A stretch of DNA of 64,000 bases, from assembly GCF_964194025.1 (NCBI RefSeq), contig NC_134481.1, positions 13,082,001 through 13,146,000 of the forward strand. Direction: 5' to 3'. The position numbers were made by a program, and so were the translations under genes. The notes beneath the pieces were generated by a model. That model was not told the origin of the DNA. It made no database searches and worked only from the letters and a program-made list of their open reading frames with translations. Origin of the DNA: Convolutriloba macropyga (lineage: Eukaryota). Shown one piece after another: positions 12,831-26,555 of this stretch. The stretch's first letter is position 1, and each line of letters begins with the position of its first letter.

Positions 12831-13143
12831 TGTAGAAACTCTTTGAAACCAACTAATGTTTCTAAGAGTCGCTTTCTAGAACAAATTAAGTATTGTGTTT
12901 AAAAAACTGATCAAATTTTAGATATACCCAGTTTTTATTATAATCCAATATTTGGTGTATATTGACATTGCCGGAATTTACGTTCGCCCCTCAACGACTG
13001 TGTTGTTTCGAAAAATACAGTTTCTTGTCATCATTGGTACTATCTGTTCATCATGATCTTACCCGTGTTACGTAACATTTTATACCATTTCAGGAACTAA
13101 ACTGTTCTTTTTATCCGAACTTTGATTAAGTCTAGAAACGTAC

Positions 13144-13272
13144 CCTGCATGCAACCCTGTTGTGATCCAAGAAATGAGTTGATTCTATCATGTCAATTGG
13201 ATATTGCACTGTTTGAACTGTGTAGTTGTCCTCTGCTGCTTCTGTCTCAGGTCTATTGCTGCTGTAATGTTT
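13144..13272 (-). CDS. Probable stem-region exon of the GT31 gene (not in ORF track)
   Basis: CTCTTCTCAG acceptor and AGG|GTACGT donor enclose 129 nt open reading KHYSSNRPETE...HFLDHNRVACR. It joins in phase 0 to ISSVNHVVVIIPS, placing a Cys just before motif I as in other GT31 enzymes. Confidence 0.6.
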
Positions 13273-13880
13273 CTGAGAAGAGGCTCCATCTTTAGTAGTA
13301 TGAGGTTATTTAATGGGAACTGTGCCTTTTACAACAATGGGGTAAAAATTGTTATTCTGAAATATCGAATGGCCACCAAATTAGTATGCAATCGGGCTAT
13401 TAATTTACAGGCTTGCCAAACGGAGTCAAAAACATAAAATCTAAACTTAATTAGCGAACTAAACAAATTTGTATTGCAAACCCATCCTTCGTGTGAAGCG
13501 GACATATGATAAATCTCTCTTGAGAAAATTATCTTATGTCCATTTATTCACACAGCGCCATTTTTCAAAAGAGGCCTAATGATTTCCCATGTAACTAACT
13601 GTTTATCGTGTGGCAGTGAAAAATTATTTCTCAACTGCTGTTCAAACGAAATAGAATTTTGACTGTCGTAGCTGGTTGATATGAGGGCCCAATGACCCCA
13701 TGCTAGATTCCTTTAGCGCAAGCGCTTTTGTTGTTAGACCTCTTAGAACGACACAATCTTGATCAGTGAACAACTTCTGTGAAGCAAATGGCATCAAATT
13801 GAATCGCATAACTGAACGAATAATTGTTAATCTAATCAGAAAGGACACACTTTCACTTGCTGTACAGAAAAGGACGCTCG

Positions 13881-16803
13881 GTAATTTGAGTTCGCACAAA
13901 AAGTCCGACCCCGCTCATCCACATTTTTGGCTTAATTGTCTACCAAATGAGGAAGAGCTAGAAAACTTTCAAAAACCTACATATTGTTCAGCAAACGACT
14001 AAACGAATATAGTAATGCCGCATTAGATGGCCAAAAAAATTGCCATTAATGAGAAAAGACAAACTTTAATGACAAATAACAACAAACATGTATTAGACCC
14101 AAAACTCGATTTACAAATTTAAATGAAAACACACTAACAAAATCAAAAAAGCATCAGATAAAACCTAAATAAAACAAATTAAGCGGTGCTGCACTAAAAT
14201 ATCTTAAACACCTGCCTTCAGTAAGACTCCGTAGCAATTCGACAAAAACAGCAAAAAGAACAAACTTCAAAAAGCATTTTTCCTTTTTGAAGACAATTTT
14301 TTTCCTAAGTGACTAAAAACATTAGGTTTCAACAGAAATCAAGAAAAAGGATCATTTATTCCTCTTGAGGCATTACTTAGGGAACAACTGAGACCAGTTC
14401 ATTTATACCTCTTAATAAATCAATTGAGACCTGCCATTAAGCTTAATTAAAAAACAAAAAAAGAGGCAGAAACACGAAAAAAAGCGAGTAGTTAAACAAG
14501 ACAGTGTCGCAGCCGTCAAAACCATCAGCATTTCACCGCCAACATAAAAAGAAACAAAAAACAATTAGGCATTCTTTCAGCGCCAAAAAGATCTGGCCTT
14601 TAGAGTGATATTGTGGCAAGGAAACTAAAAAAAACAAACTCAAAATTTGGCAGATAATAAGAAACCGCTATTTTTAAATTGAAATGAGTAGTATTTAAGC
14701 CCACAAACTATTAGCTGAAAAAACACTTATAAAGATGGACTTTCAACCCATTAGCACGATGACGAAACTTGTCTTTACAGATAATAGCTTCATATTGACG
14801 GAAGTAAGATAAAAAACAAAGTTCAAAAATTTAATGATTTTTTAAAACAAATAACTTTGAAAAACATGTTAACTATCTGCTACCAACTTAAAACAAATAC
14901 AAATCATCATGCAACTCCTTAGGTAGTCAACCGCGCCTCTTATTAGTCAGACTAGGTAAAAAGGCTACAAAAACGATAAAAAGTAACAGAACTCAGAGTT
15001 CAAAGTTTTACGAAAACACATTTTTGAAACCATTAAATTCATTAAGAGACATTGAAAACCATATAAAGAAAACATATAACCATTATTGTATGTTCAGGCT
15101 AAAAAATGAGACCTGTAATTAGACTAAATTAGATGATAACAAAACCAAGAGTAAGAAGATAAGTTCAAAAATACTTTTATTTTTTAGAAAGTATTTAATA
15201 TGAAAGACAGAAAAACCATTAGCAATAAATTGTTCATTTATACATCGGGGTCATTGAGGCAATTATAAAAGGCACTGAGTTCTTTCGTTATCTGAAATAT
15301 GTTGAACAACTACATAAAAGATGATAAGTGCTGGTAAAAAACAAAAACTCTAAACCATTTTGCAAGACAACGGTTACACAGCCTGACATCCAGAAAAATC
15401 CATCACAAAACTGAAAGTAAAGTTGATTGTAAATGTTTTGAACACCATTGGACCTGTCATTAATGTGACATTTCGTCAAGTAAACAAAAAGGAGCCTCAA
15501 CAAGGGATAGACCTGTAAAAGTCAGTGTTCTATCAAGAACTGACGGTACCAAAGCCATGAAATCATTACCTAAAAAAACAGTAGATGAAGTTTACTTCAT
15601 ATGAAAAAAAAGAGTAAAGAAAAGTTTTTACTCAGACTATTGAAAAAGTACACTTATGTAAGATAAAAAATATGCAAGGTTCAAAAACTCACTGATATCT
15701 TCTGCAAAAACAATTTTTTTCAAAGTCAAAAGAGCCATTAGATATCAACTAAAAACATGGTTTGGTTTTAATTGAGTCAAATAATGACGCCAATTGGATT
15801 TACTCAATTAAGGAAACTAAGTTTAAAAAAACACTTCCCAAAGCAAAAAACCAGCTCATCCTGATACCGCAAAACATGTTATTTTCAATTAAGATCATTT
15901 TCATGTAAATGGGGTTTGATATAAATAAACCATGATTTCAAATCATTCCCGCTGGTAACTAACATAGAACAAAAACTTACGAAAGTATTTCAGAAAACAA
16001 ATTGCGCCCCGATTTTTATATATAAATTTTGATTGTAAGAAACCAAGAAGAGAACAAAACTAGGCATGATATAGCTGCACGTCCAACTAAAACACCTACT
16101 TGCTCAAAATATTTGTAAAACAGATAATTTAGCAAATGGAATATTTCAATGCATAGAAAATAAATGTCGCATTTTGGATATATATCTAGTTAAATTAGCG
16201 AAAAACGGGCGTTTTTTATATTCAAGGAATTCCTCTTAGGAAGCTGAAATTAAACTAGCTCTCTTTTTGAGTTGCAAAGTATTGTGTCAGCAGTTTTCAG
16301 GTTCCTACTATGGGCAAAGTTTTTTGAAAAAAGTGCGCTTCAAGAAAGCAAATTTGCGGCCAGTTTTGATTTAAAAGTCAAAAGTTCAAAGATTTTAGCA
16401 AAGAACTCGGCTGAAACTATTCAGCAACCGTCCTCTATCTTGAAAGGTAAAATAATAACACTGGTTTGACAATTTAAACAAATTTTAGCAAAATTAACGA
16501 AAGCGAGTATAGCAATTTAAACAAATTTCAGCAAAATTGACAAAAACGATAAAAATTAGATTAAAAATTACAGAAAATGTGAATAAAAACAACGGAAATC
16601 TGTTAACTATTCACAAAACTTTAAACCTCGATAAATCTTCAGAAAAAAATCAAATTCAAGAAATCTTAAATATTCTACGCGGGCTTTTTAATATTACCAA
16701 TCTCATTTCTCTCCGATGAATATATCGATCGGCCAAAATTGACTGAGCAAAAACCCATTTCAGTACTAGTCCCTCCCCCACTTAAATGGAGTCGAAACAA
16801 AAA
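13881..16803 (-). mobile_element. Helentron/DINE-1-like element family A, copy 2 (~2.9 kb, both ends)
   Basis: The left end carries subTIR TCCGACCCC (13904-13912) beside a degenerate G(T/A)GTTCGCAC hairpin. The right end is CCCCACTTAAATGGAGTCGAAACAA. It is colinear with the reverse complement of 29498-32911. Confidence 0.7.
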
Positions 16804-17266
16804 TTGCATGCTTTGGTACTACGCAACAAACAATAAGTTAACAAACATGAAACATTGTATTGTTTACAACTTTAGAAGACAGCAACTCTCTTTATTACTC
16901 GCATCAAAGTATTGCGCGGGACTTTTTTTAGATATTGATGAAGTCTGCGAAATTCTGTTGTAGAAGCTATGTTTACCAGTCGATTTCAATTCAGCTTATA
17001 ACTCTATTTCTCTGTTTCACATTTACCTCTAAGTTCAATGTTCTGCTATAATCGTTTCCTTCCAAAATATAATTATCAAAGAGTAACAGATATTACAGCT
17101 AATAGGAAAAAGTTACAATTTGAGGAAATAAAAAATGCGTCTGTCCGAAGTACCAAAAATTTGACCGCAATTTCTTTGCAAGCCTGATTTCTCTTATCAA
17201 CTGAAATGTGCACTCAATATTTTCAGTTTTTTCTGAGAAGCAGTATTAAAAGAAATTCCACTTTAC

Positions 17267-17372
17267 CTTAGGGTGATGTCCTGAAAACTTCCTTCCAATT
17301 CTCTCGTTGCTTTTTAGCAAAACACTTTTATCTGGTGGCCGAACGAAAATCTCCATTAAAATTTTGGAAAGT
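17267..17372 (-). CDS. Candidate GT31 stem exon
   Basis: CAG acceptor and AAG|GTAAAG donor; open phase 2 to 0, reading LSKILMEIFVRPPDKSVLLKSNERIGRKFSGHHPK. The phases fit both neighbours, but there is no conserved motif. Confidence 0.45.
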
Positions 17373-17551
17373 CTGATTTACAGATTTTATTTTGTCTAAA
17401 ATGAAATACAAACATTTGTTCGCATCACCATTCTCTGTTCTCTCTGCTCTTCTAATTTGTTCAACAACAAAAAAATCAAAATTTTATTGCGTGCAGCATG
17501 AGTTCTAAATCCTGTTTTAGAACAATTCGACCAATTGCTGAAAAAGATTAC

Positions 17552-17629
17552 CTTAAATCCTCGTGTCGTAAAAACAACAAAGTACCGGGGCCTGTCCTCA
17601 TTTTCAAAAAAGCAAATAGCACAATAAAA
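17552..17629 (-). CDS. Candidate GT31 N-terminal exon (hydrophobic)
   Basis: Strong TTTTCCTGCAG acceptor and AAG|GTAATC donor. The phase-2 frame reads FIVLFAFLKMRTGPGTLLFLRHEDL. Confidence 0.45.
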
Positions 17630-19427
17630 CTGCAGGAAAAATTTGATGAATTTATATTCCTCTCTATACGGCTTTCCCATGTGCAACAACTTTCCAAAAT
17701 TTTTAAAAATTTCTGTTTATGCGGGTTTCATGTGCTTTTTTAAATTAAGCTATGTTTGCAAATAGATTTGACTTGACAGCCTGATGAAATAACCTTAGCA
17801 ATACAGCCCGAAGAAGAAAAGGTCAGAAAACAAAAGCGGACAAATATCTATGACGCAAAGAACGCCACCTTTCGAACCATGACAGCAAAAAACGGACAAA
17901 AATATTAGATCAAAAAACAAAATCTGAGCAAGTTGAAAGAGCAACTAAATTCTTTTTCTTTGCTTGTCACTGACATCTTCAATATCTAAAATAGTTCCAG
18001 AGAACAAAATTTCACATCAAGCAAATTTTAAATTATTCGACTTTTTCATATTTATGACGTTTCTTTTATCACCAAGATAAATATTTAAAAAATTTATTGC
18101 TTATAATATAGGTGCATCTTAAAATACGACAGTTTGTTGCCAAAAACTAGACAACGATAAATTGGTGTTTTCACAAAACCTCTCACCTCTACAATCAGAA
18201 TTTTTCGGGAAGAATTGATTAGCAATTCATGAAATTTATTAGGCAAGAACTTCTCTGGCATTAACCTATTACAAATAAGTTATTCTAATTTTAGATTGAC
18301 CAAATCTACAATATAATCCGGTAGTAAATTTGTTGAAATGGTGGTATTTTTAATTTGCCTCAACGAACGTTATGTGAATATAATAAATAATAAGTTTCTT
18401 GCACTAACAAGTGGTATTAATTGATATTCTTGATCTTAGGGGCGTGATGTACTACTCTATAGAATTTAAGGAATTAGTGTTCTTCTCATCCGTTTTGTTA
18501 CTGGTTTTTGGTAATTAAAACCAATAATCGCATCTAAAAGCATTAAAAGTACCAAATTTAAAAGTTTTAAAAAGAAACTGAAACAAATTGAACTTTCTTT
18601 TGTTGCTAACATATTCAAATTGAATAGTTTGTAATCAATTGTGAATAGAAACCATTTTTGATCGTGAGCAGCCAAACAGTGACAAATAAGTCAAAAATGG
18701 TTTGCAAAAATGTAAAATTTGACAGCCTATAAAAAAGAGTATTGGTTGGAAAATTGGCATTACCAAAAATTTTCACCTCAAACATTCCATGCAATAACGA
18801 GCGCTTTACCACAACCTATATGTAACTGAAATTTCCTCGATAAAAGACAAATTTATCAAGAAAACGTGTAGGAAGTGTACCTGCTGCATATAATAAGTAT
18901 ATATTTCTAATTCTACGATCATCAATTTTTGCATGTGTGTCTTGGCAATTATTTAATTTCCGGTTTTAAAAAATGCCTTTTCGATTCTAAACCTACACAA
19001 CATGTGCTTTAAAATATTAACCTATATTCCCCCTAAAAAGCTTAACAAATTTGCAATTTTGACTGGCGAACAAAGACGGGGTGTAATATAAATTTTTCTA
19101 TAAGAAGTTACAACAAAAAATAGATCAGCTATAAAAATGAACAAGTGGGGTCGGAACAATTAAAACATTATCAACATAAAGACTCATTGAAACATACACA
19201 ACGTTGACAATCACCCATTTTGAACGGAAAAAATTGATCATTTCTCAGAATTTGCACAAGCTGACATCATTTCGCAAACTGACTTTAATGAGACCACAAC
19301 TAACTCAAATGACGTGAGATGTGGAAACACAGAAAAAGAGCAATAAATAAGTTAAGAAGAACTCAAAAATCAATGTGACCAAAAATTTGCTGCAAACTTT
19401 GTATGAGACATTTTTATTATAATTGAC

Positions 19428-19804
19428 CGAGAAAACGCCGATGAAAAGTGAAAATATGGGCAATGCCGATTAGAATTTGGGGCAGATAAAATTAAACAGT
19501 TCCCTTTATTTGGAACATGTGTTTGTGACTGAATATATTCGTGTAACTCTTTCTGGAACTGTTTAACCAATTTCCGCTCCTGTAACGAAATACCATCTCC
19601 GCTTAATCCAGACATTTCTGATGATAATTTAGGGATACATATTGTTATACAGAAGAATAGGAAAAGTAATAAAATTATGGCCACGGTTGTTAACTTTACT
19701 CTTTTACAAGGGTGAAATAGGTAGAAAACAGGGCTGTTCAGCTTGTTATTCACAATTTTTGTACGGCGGTCGAAGAGTAATCGATCTGAAATGTTAGAAA
19801 TCAT
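19428..19804 (-). CDS. Candidate first coding exon with type II signal anchor (GT31 gene or separate gene)
   Basis: Part of the 176-codon ORF, with an ATG at 19804. A basic patch precedes VAIILLLFLFFCITICI. A possible CG|GTCAAT phase-2 donor fits the 17629 exon. Confidence 0.4.
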
Positions 19805-20659
19805 CGTCTTTTTGAGATTCAAACGAACAACAAATAAATTAAGCGCATAAAAACTTTTTAAAAAATAACCCAGAAACACAATCGTAATGATAAAATTCAA
19901 ATAATGAATTACTAAGGAAATAAAAAAATGTCATGAATGACGAAAGATAAACAGAATGAATAACTTCATTTCAAACATTTAAAAAACTAGGATTATAAGT
20001 AAACATCGCTGAAAACTATTAAACAAAACTTCATGAAAGAGAGCAGGACAAGCGAAGAGTATATAACTTCATTTCAAATTAGTTTTTTTTAAAAAAAAAG
20101 TAATACAATAAGTGAATCGACTATGACTAACTCTAACGTTAGAAAAAGATAAAATCTTGAGTCAGATCTATAAAATTCTATGCAATTTCGATGTACTGTT
20201 AAACTGCAGATGTGAACTTATTATGATTCAATCTGCGTTTCAAGTACTTCATGCTGTTGAAATTAAATATCTTTCTCATACTCACACGCAAACACGAATA
20301 TAAACCGGACCATTGAGAGATGCATACTTACTTGTCATACTTGTAGACTTATAATATTTAGATTCATTTTAGAAACTTAAGAATATTTAATTCGTAAGTT
20401 ATGAGATTAAGGTTAGAACACACTTCGAAGTTATGATTTAATACGCTTCGACATTTCATTTCGACCAACTATAATCTAACCTTTGAAAATAAACCAGACG
20501 TGCGTGTGCAGAGATCATGTCTATACTATCGATGACCTTTAAGAACTAAGAACGGGGTGGGCGATTACAAGTAAGGCATTTGATAATTATACTAAAATGG
20601 GGGTCTATAATTTTGTGAGTAGGGCTATAATGGGAAAGACGCGGAAAGTCAAATTGGAC

Positions 20660-20790
20660 CGTAAAAAATTCGGGCAAGCAAAAAATCGCATTAATAAAAG
20701 ACCAACAGGACTAAAATGATTGCTACAAACTTCGCTTGAGAGAAATTACTAAAACCAGTCTAAAGATTATGCGCTTTCTCTTTCAGAACC
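20660..20790 (+). repeat. Dispersed repeat, second copy at ~40030-40160
   Basis: AGACCAACAGGACTAAAATGATTGCTACAAACTTCGCTTGAGAG versus AGACCACAGGACTAATAAAATTGCTGCGAACTTCGTTTGAGAG. Confidence 0.55.
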
Positions 20791-21295
20791 GTAGAACCCA
20801 GATAAAATTTAATGAATGCGTGGTCAATGTTAAAGGGTTCTGAGAACTATAACTTTTGATTTAATCTTGTCTCTTTTTACTATGTATTTTTCCGAGCAAT
20901 GGGCGCCAAAGCTGTAATTCTACTTGATCTAACCGCAAAATATTTGTAACATTGAATAAAATGTGATTTATTCTCGGGGTTGAAAGTAGGGTGAAAACGG
21001 AATAACAGCACAATTAATATTTTTTTGTATCACGCCGCATCAGGCTACAGCGCAAGATATATGAAAAAGGTTTCGGGAATAAGCTTAGCGTTTTTCCGCT
21101 CACGGGACTCAGATTGAGATAGTCCGTTAAAAATTCAAACAAAAATTTGTCGACAATACATGGGAGATTGTTGGATAAATTCTTAAAATGAACTCGACCT
21201 ATCTTTGAATAATCATCATTGGATTTTATTGAATTAAAAATTTAAATAAATTGAATTACCGGACAATGGCCGCAAAATAATCCGTCGACGCCGGC

Positions 21296-21452
21296 TGTTT
21301 ACTTCTTATACACAAGAGATTTCCAGATTACAACGAATTGCTAGACTGCACAAGTGGGTAAAACATAAAACCCGCAATTTTACAAATCAAAACAAATCAG
21401 AAGTCATCAATCAATCAAAACAAATTAAGGAAATCAAGCTTGTGCTTGAACA
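21296..21452 (-). repeat. 3' LTR (157 bp, TGTT...AACA)
   Basis: On the element strand it starts TGTTCAAGC and ends GTAAACA. It is roughly 90% identical by eye to 26556-26707. Confidence 0.88.
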
Positions 21453-21628
21453 CTCCGGGCCGCGTGCATGAAGGTGAAACTGTAGACTCTTGTTGTATTT
21501 TACAATTTAAGATTTCGACAATCAAGTTTACATTATTTTTTTGCTGATCTGGAATTTCAAGATTGTTTTGTAATATCGAAGCTGTAAAGATGATCTGTTG
21601 TCACAATTGAGGGCATTTTTGGCTTCGT

Positions 21629-21660
21629 GAGTGTGTGTGTGTTTGTGTGTGTGTGTGTGT
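21629..21660. repeat. (GT)n microsatellite in the retroelement 3' UTR
   Basis: GAGTGTGTGTGTGTTTGTGTGTGTGTGTGTGT. Confidence 0.9.
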
Positions 21661-22224
21661 AAACTTGTTGTACTCTCTTCCGGGCCAGCATATACACCGG
21701 CTATAAGTTGGTAAATGTTGTGATCAAACGTTTGCATTGACGTTTTCGCTTGATACGTTGTAATCGGAATACTGTGTTGTTGAATGACAAGGATGTGTGA
21801 AGGTAGTCATTACTCTTCAAGGGGGCTGTGAAAATTGAAGTTTTATCGAAAAGTGTTGGCTGCATATAATGTAAACTCTGTTGGTGCGAAGGCTGTCGAT
21901 GAAACTATGTGGGTTGGATTCTGGAGGCTGTAGATTTTGTGAAACAGACGAGTAGGCAAAAAAGTGAAAACCTGATGATGAAAGTTATCGTTGAGGGCAA
22001 AGAAACACTTTGAGCTGAATTTCGCGCAGTTTTAGGGAAGTTAAGGCGTTAGGGAAGTTGAAAATCTTTTATTTTAGCAGTTTCACCGCGTTGTTGACTT
22101 CTTCATTTGCCCGATTGTTGGAATTTGTGTAGAATTGAACAATTTGATACGCTGACTTTGGACATGATTATCATGGAACTTTAAAGCCTATGAGCTGTTT
22201 GAAATTGAAACTTTAATGGTATCA

Positions 22225-25200
22225 AGGTTTGTGTGAAACTTTAGCTAATTTGACTGCTGGTCTCTTCAGCACTCCAATTGATGTCTTGATTTCGAAGGAT
22301 CGTGCTCGTCCGTCCATTCCATTGTGGCATTTCGCAATTCGACCCATTGGTCGAATACCTCTCGGAGTGAACTCATGCAATAACCAGACTAAACCAGATT
22401 TCTTTCAATTCCTCTGATTCTGTTCTCCACTTTGGGCGGCTGATAAGATCTGATGTATACTCCTTTTGCAAACCTTTCTTTTGCAAATGTTTGTGAGTAA
22501 GAGAACTCCTTTTTACTAAATGTTCGGCTGGTTGATGCCAGCGGTGCAAAACGGCTGTAAGGGCGTCTTAATAAAAAATGATTAGGTGTTAATGCTTCTT
22601 CGTCGTTTGTGTCTGAGGAGACATATGTAATTGGCCTGGAGTTGAGAAGTCCTTCAGTCTCGGCTAAAATTTTCTGAAAAATTTCGGCGTTCAATTGTTG
22701 GCTGCCTAAAATTATGAGCAAAGTGCGTTTAGCAGACTGAATTAGCCTTTGCCATATCCAACTGAAGTGAGGGGCTATAGTTGGATGCAAATTCTATGTA
22801 ATAATTTGCTGCTGTAACTGGCACTTGATATAGTTGTTGACAACAATGATTTTTTTCAGATCCAACATCTTTTTTTGCAGATGTGAAGTTTGATCCATTG
22901 TCAGAAATGAATAATTCGGGATATGCTTGTTACGATACAAATCTTCTAATAACTAGTAGGCAACTCTCTGTGTCCAATGTCTGACAAACCTCCAGATGCA
23001 CAGCTCGAGTGACAAGACAGGTGAAAAGACATACATATTGATTTTTCCAATTGGCGATTTCGGTGCTCTATGAAAAAGTCTAACCCAACATTTAGAAAAT
23101 AATTTTGTTTTTCTGCTTCTGCGAACCGAAAAATGGGGAGGTTGGCCATTAGAGGGTAATATTTTGTGCTCTCCATCGTCGGCAAACGAAACACGTTTTG
23201 CTTAGTTCTTTCAAAAATCTTCTTAGTCCTATAATGGTGAAATCTTGCGGCAGTTAAGCTCGGACAAACTCTGTTCCAAATTGTCTACAGTCTTTGTGGG
23301 CTTGCTCAATGAATAGTTTAGTAATATAAATCTTACTTTCAAGAAATATTGGATGTGTCTGGCTGTAGGGTATTTTAGCGTGCCTTAATCTGACTCTTGC
23401 TCGTATTAAACCATCTTTGTCCAGGAAGGGAGTGAACTGTAATAACTTGTCCTTTTTGTCTAGTTCATTTTCCTTTTCAAGGTTTCTTATGCTTTCAGAA
23501 AACATTTTATGCTGTGATTGTGTCAATAGATGATGTCGTGCGTCTTCATAACTGTTTGTGACCGGTCGTTTTCGGAAGATATTGACTGCTTTCATCACTG
23601 CTTTGGTTCGTTGCATAAGTTTATTTCAACTGGAGAAATCGTTAAAGTCAATAACTGTATCTGCAGTTTCTGCACGTAAACTGTTTGTTGCTGTAAATTG
23701 CTGATCTCTTTGAAAACTTGGAGCAGGATTTTCTAGTAGGAATTTTGGCGCTGAGATCCATTTTTTTTCAATTCTGTTAAGAAGAGTCTTCTTGTTCCGT
23801 TATCTGCAGGGTTGATTATACCAGGAACAAAATTCTATTATTCTGACTGAGAGTTTGCAAGATTTTTTGCAATTCTATTTGCTAAAAAAACTTTTTGGTG
23901 CTTTATCGATTTAATCCAACCTAAAGTGGACATACTTTCTGTCCAGAATTGAATTTTGTCAATTTGTACTGTTATTTTGCTTCGAACAAAGGAAGCAAGT
24001 TCTGCTCCCATAGCTGCTGCTTCAAATTCTAACTTCGGGATGGTTGTTGTTTTAATGGGCGCAACTCTTGCTTTTCTAACAGCATATTGAGTTGTTCTTT
24101 CTTCTGCGCTGCTTGATCTAATGTATATTGTCGTTGCTATTGCTGCACTTGATGCATAGCATAATATGTGAAATTCATGCTTAGCATCTGCGTTGGGGAT
24201 CAGAAATCTGCTAATAGAAATTTCTGGCTTCCGTTCATATTCGTCTACCCATTGCTGCAAGTCGTGTTGGAACTCTCTTGGGATCTGTTTATTCTAGTTG
24301 TTACTTTGTTTAACTATCGATTGAAGAATGCATCGTACTCTAAGAGAAAGCGGCGTTATGATTCCAAGTGGATCGAGCAATGATGCGGCTAGTGACAGCA
24401 TTTGACGTTGTTGCATGCTTTCGACATCTAGTTTTAAGTCTGGTCTTTTGAAGATGAAAATATCTTTGTTTGCATTCCACATTTGTCCTAAAATACGTTG
24501 CTCTTTCACTCTCTCTGCATTTTCTCCAGTTACTTTCATGACGGTGCTTGGGTCGTTACTAAAAAACGTTGTAAGCCTAAAGCCAACATTCTGTAACGTA
24601 TACTATACCTCTGTTGTTTTGATAGCTGCGTTTTTCTGTTCTGCTGAAACTTTGAAGGTAATCATCCATGCAGAAATTTTTTCTGATGGCTGCGTAGGCT
24701 TTGGGATTGCTTAATTGGTTATCATCTGCACATCTGTGGATTATGTATATTGCACATGAAGGGGAACAAGTTGCACCGAATATCAGTCTCTTGTACTTGA
24801 AAAAATTTTTTTCTCGATCTTTGTTCCGCAAAAATCTGAGTGCGTCTTGGTCCTCTGATCGTATGACAGCTTGCATGAACATCGCTTCGTTATCACCGGT
24901 TACTGCAATTTTGTACTGTCGAAATCTCAAAAGAAGTCCCACAAGGCTGCATAATAGATCCGGTCCAGCCAAAAGAGCTTTGTTAGGTGAATGTCCTTTG
25001 TATACCGAAGCTGCTTTTGTGACTCGTCTTATTCAGTTTTTGTGACTCGTCTTTTCTTCAGTTTTTGCTCAACGGGGTGATGTGGGACATACCAAAGTTG
25101 TGAATTCATGAAATTGGTTTGACGTTTTGTCTCTTCAACAAATCCTTTTTCGATGTCTGCTTCGATGGTTTGGTTGTGACGACAAAATAAGTCTGGTTCC

Positions 25201-25790
25201 TGTTGAAGTCGGTGTTCAAGTGACTGTAATTTTGCTTTGGCAAGAAAAGAGTTGGTCTGTAGTTTAGTGTCATCTTTCCAAGGTAGTCCGATCACATAAC
25301 GAGAACTGTTGTGTCTTGTCGTCCTTTTTATTGTTTCAAGAGCTTTCCTGTCATGTGCTGTCAACGTCTTTTTTCGGCTCATTAAATTTTTTCCCTCCAT
25401 TGGCTAAAACATTTGAAGCATGTCGTTCTCCATATCCTGTTCTGGGTTTTTTTATTCTGTTGTAAAGTGTGATGTTGTAATTGATTCCCTGTTTATTACT
25501 GGTTGACTTGTATTTCTGAGGTATTGGTCCTGTAACGGTCCGTCCAAGCTGTGTCAAGACTCCGTATGGCGTTCCTGGTGGTCCTGTTGTGAATTTGAGT
25601 GGTACTGTTGCTATGAAGGCATCCGCTCCGATTAAAAAGATTAAAAAAGCATTACACTTGTTCAAATTGCTGAAGAGTACTCCATATTTCGAGAGATTAT
25701 TCCACAATGACTTTTTTAGTTTTTCAAGTTGCGTGTGCATTGTTTCCAGCTCTGAAGTAGATAGTTTTCATACACATACGCACAATAAAG
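22225..25790 (-). pseudogene. Frameshifted BEL/Pao pol (post-protease linker, RT, RNase H, integrase, C-terminal GRI..G.DG domain)
   Basis: Motifs in order: LIGAD..TQLGRTVTGP; WYVPHHPV; GPDLLCSLVGLLLRFR; LIFGATCSP; FCMDD; ARVAP..TIPKLE; HPIFL; WQRLIQSAK..LNSRPITY..LTPNHFL; MGRIAKCHNGMDGRAR..RPAVKLA. These are split over many frames. Confidence 0.92.
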
Positions 25791-26536
25791 AAAAATAGAA
25801 CAGTCAAAAGTTGTTTTTATCGTAGTTTATAATTATTGTTTTCCAATTTTCAAGTGAAAAAAATATAAAGCAAGAAAAAAAAACGGCAATTACAGTCAAA
25901 CGCTTTCTATTTCAGAGGGCACGTTAAACAAAAATAAAACTTCTGATTTAGGTTGTTCGTTGCAGAAAAGATTTGAACGTCAAAGAATAACAGTCAGCAT
26001 CAAAGACGATAATAAACACATTTTGTATATCATTTTTCCGTTAAAAAAATTCACGTTATCTGACTATCTGCAGAGTTCAACAGACCTAAAAAAGTTTAGG
26101 TTAAAAGAAAAATCAGACCACAACACAGTTCACTTCACTAAAAAAACAGGTCTGATTGCTTTTTCACTCAAATTTCAGAACAAAGGAGTTTTGTATCGAA
26201 AAGGTAAAACACTTGTTTCTGTAGCTCTCATATAAAAGTCATTATATCGTCCTGCCACAGAACAAAAAAACCCTCAACACATAGGACCAATTAACATAAG
26301 ACGCAATTTTGGTACCACTACATCAAACGACAAACCCAAGTCCTATAAACACGCTAGAAGGAAACCAAAAAAGACACCAATCAGATGTAAGTACTAAATC
26401 TGATTGCAGTTCAAATCAGAATTTTGACACTAACATCCCAGACCAACGCAAAACACAAAAGAAAACACAGTCACATCAGCAACAATCAAGACAACAAAAC
26501 TTACATCCTTTTAACAGGAAACAATCATCAAATAAT

Positions 26537-26554
26537 ATCACGTCGCGGTCACCA
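26537..26554 (-). other. Primer-binding site complementary to tRNA-Trp 3' end
   Basis: The minus strand reads TGGTGACCGCGACGTGAT, 1 nt after the 5' LTR. This is 17/18 identical to the tRNA-Trp PBS TGGTGACCCCGACGTGAT. Confidence 0.85.
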
Positions 26555-26555
26555 A

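Noticed and set aside
13642-13899. Additional GT31 exon
   Set aside because: No convincing splice-site pair was found, and the ORF overlaps the end of the family A element.
26537-26554. tRNA-Trp gene
   Set aside because: Only the 3' 18 nt including CCA are present, next to an LTR, so it is a PBS.
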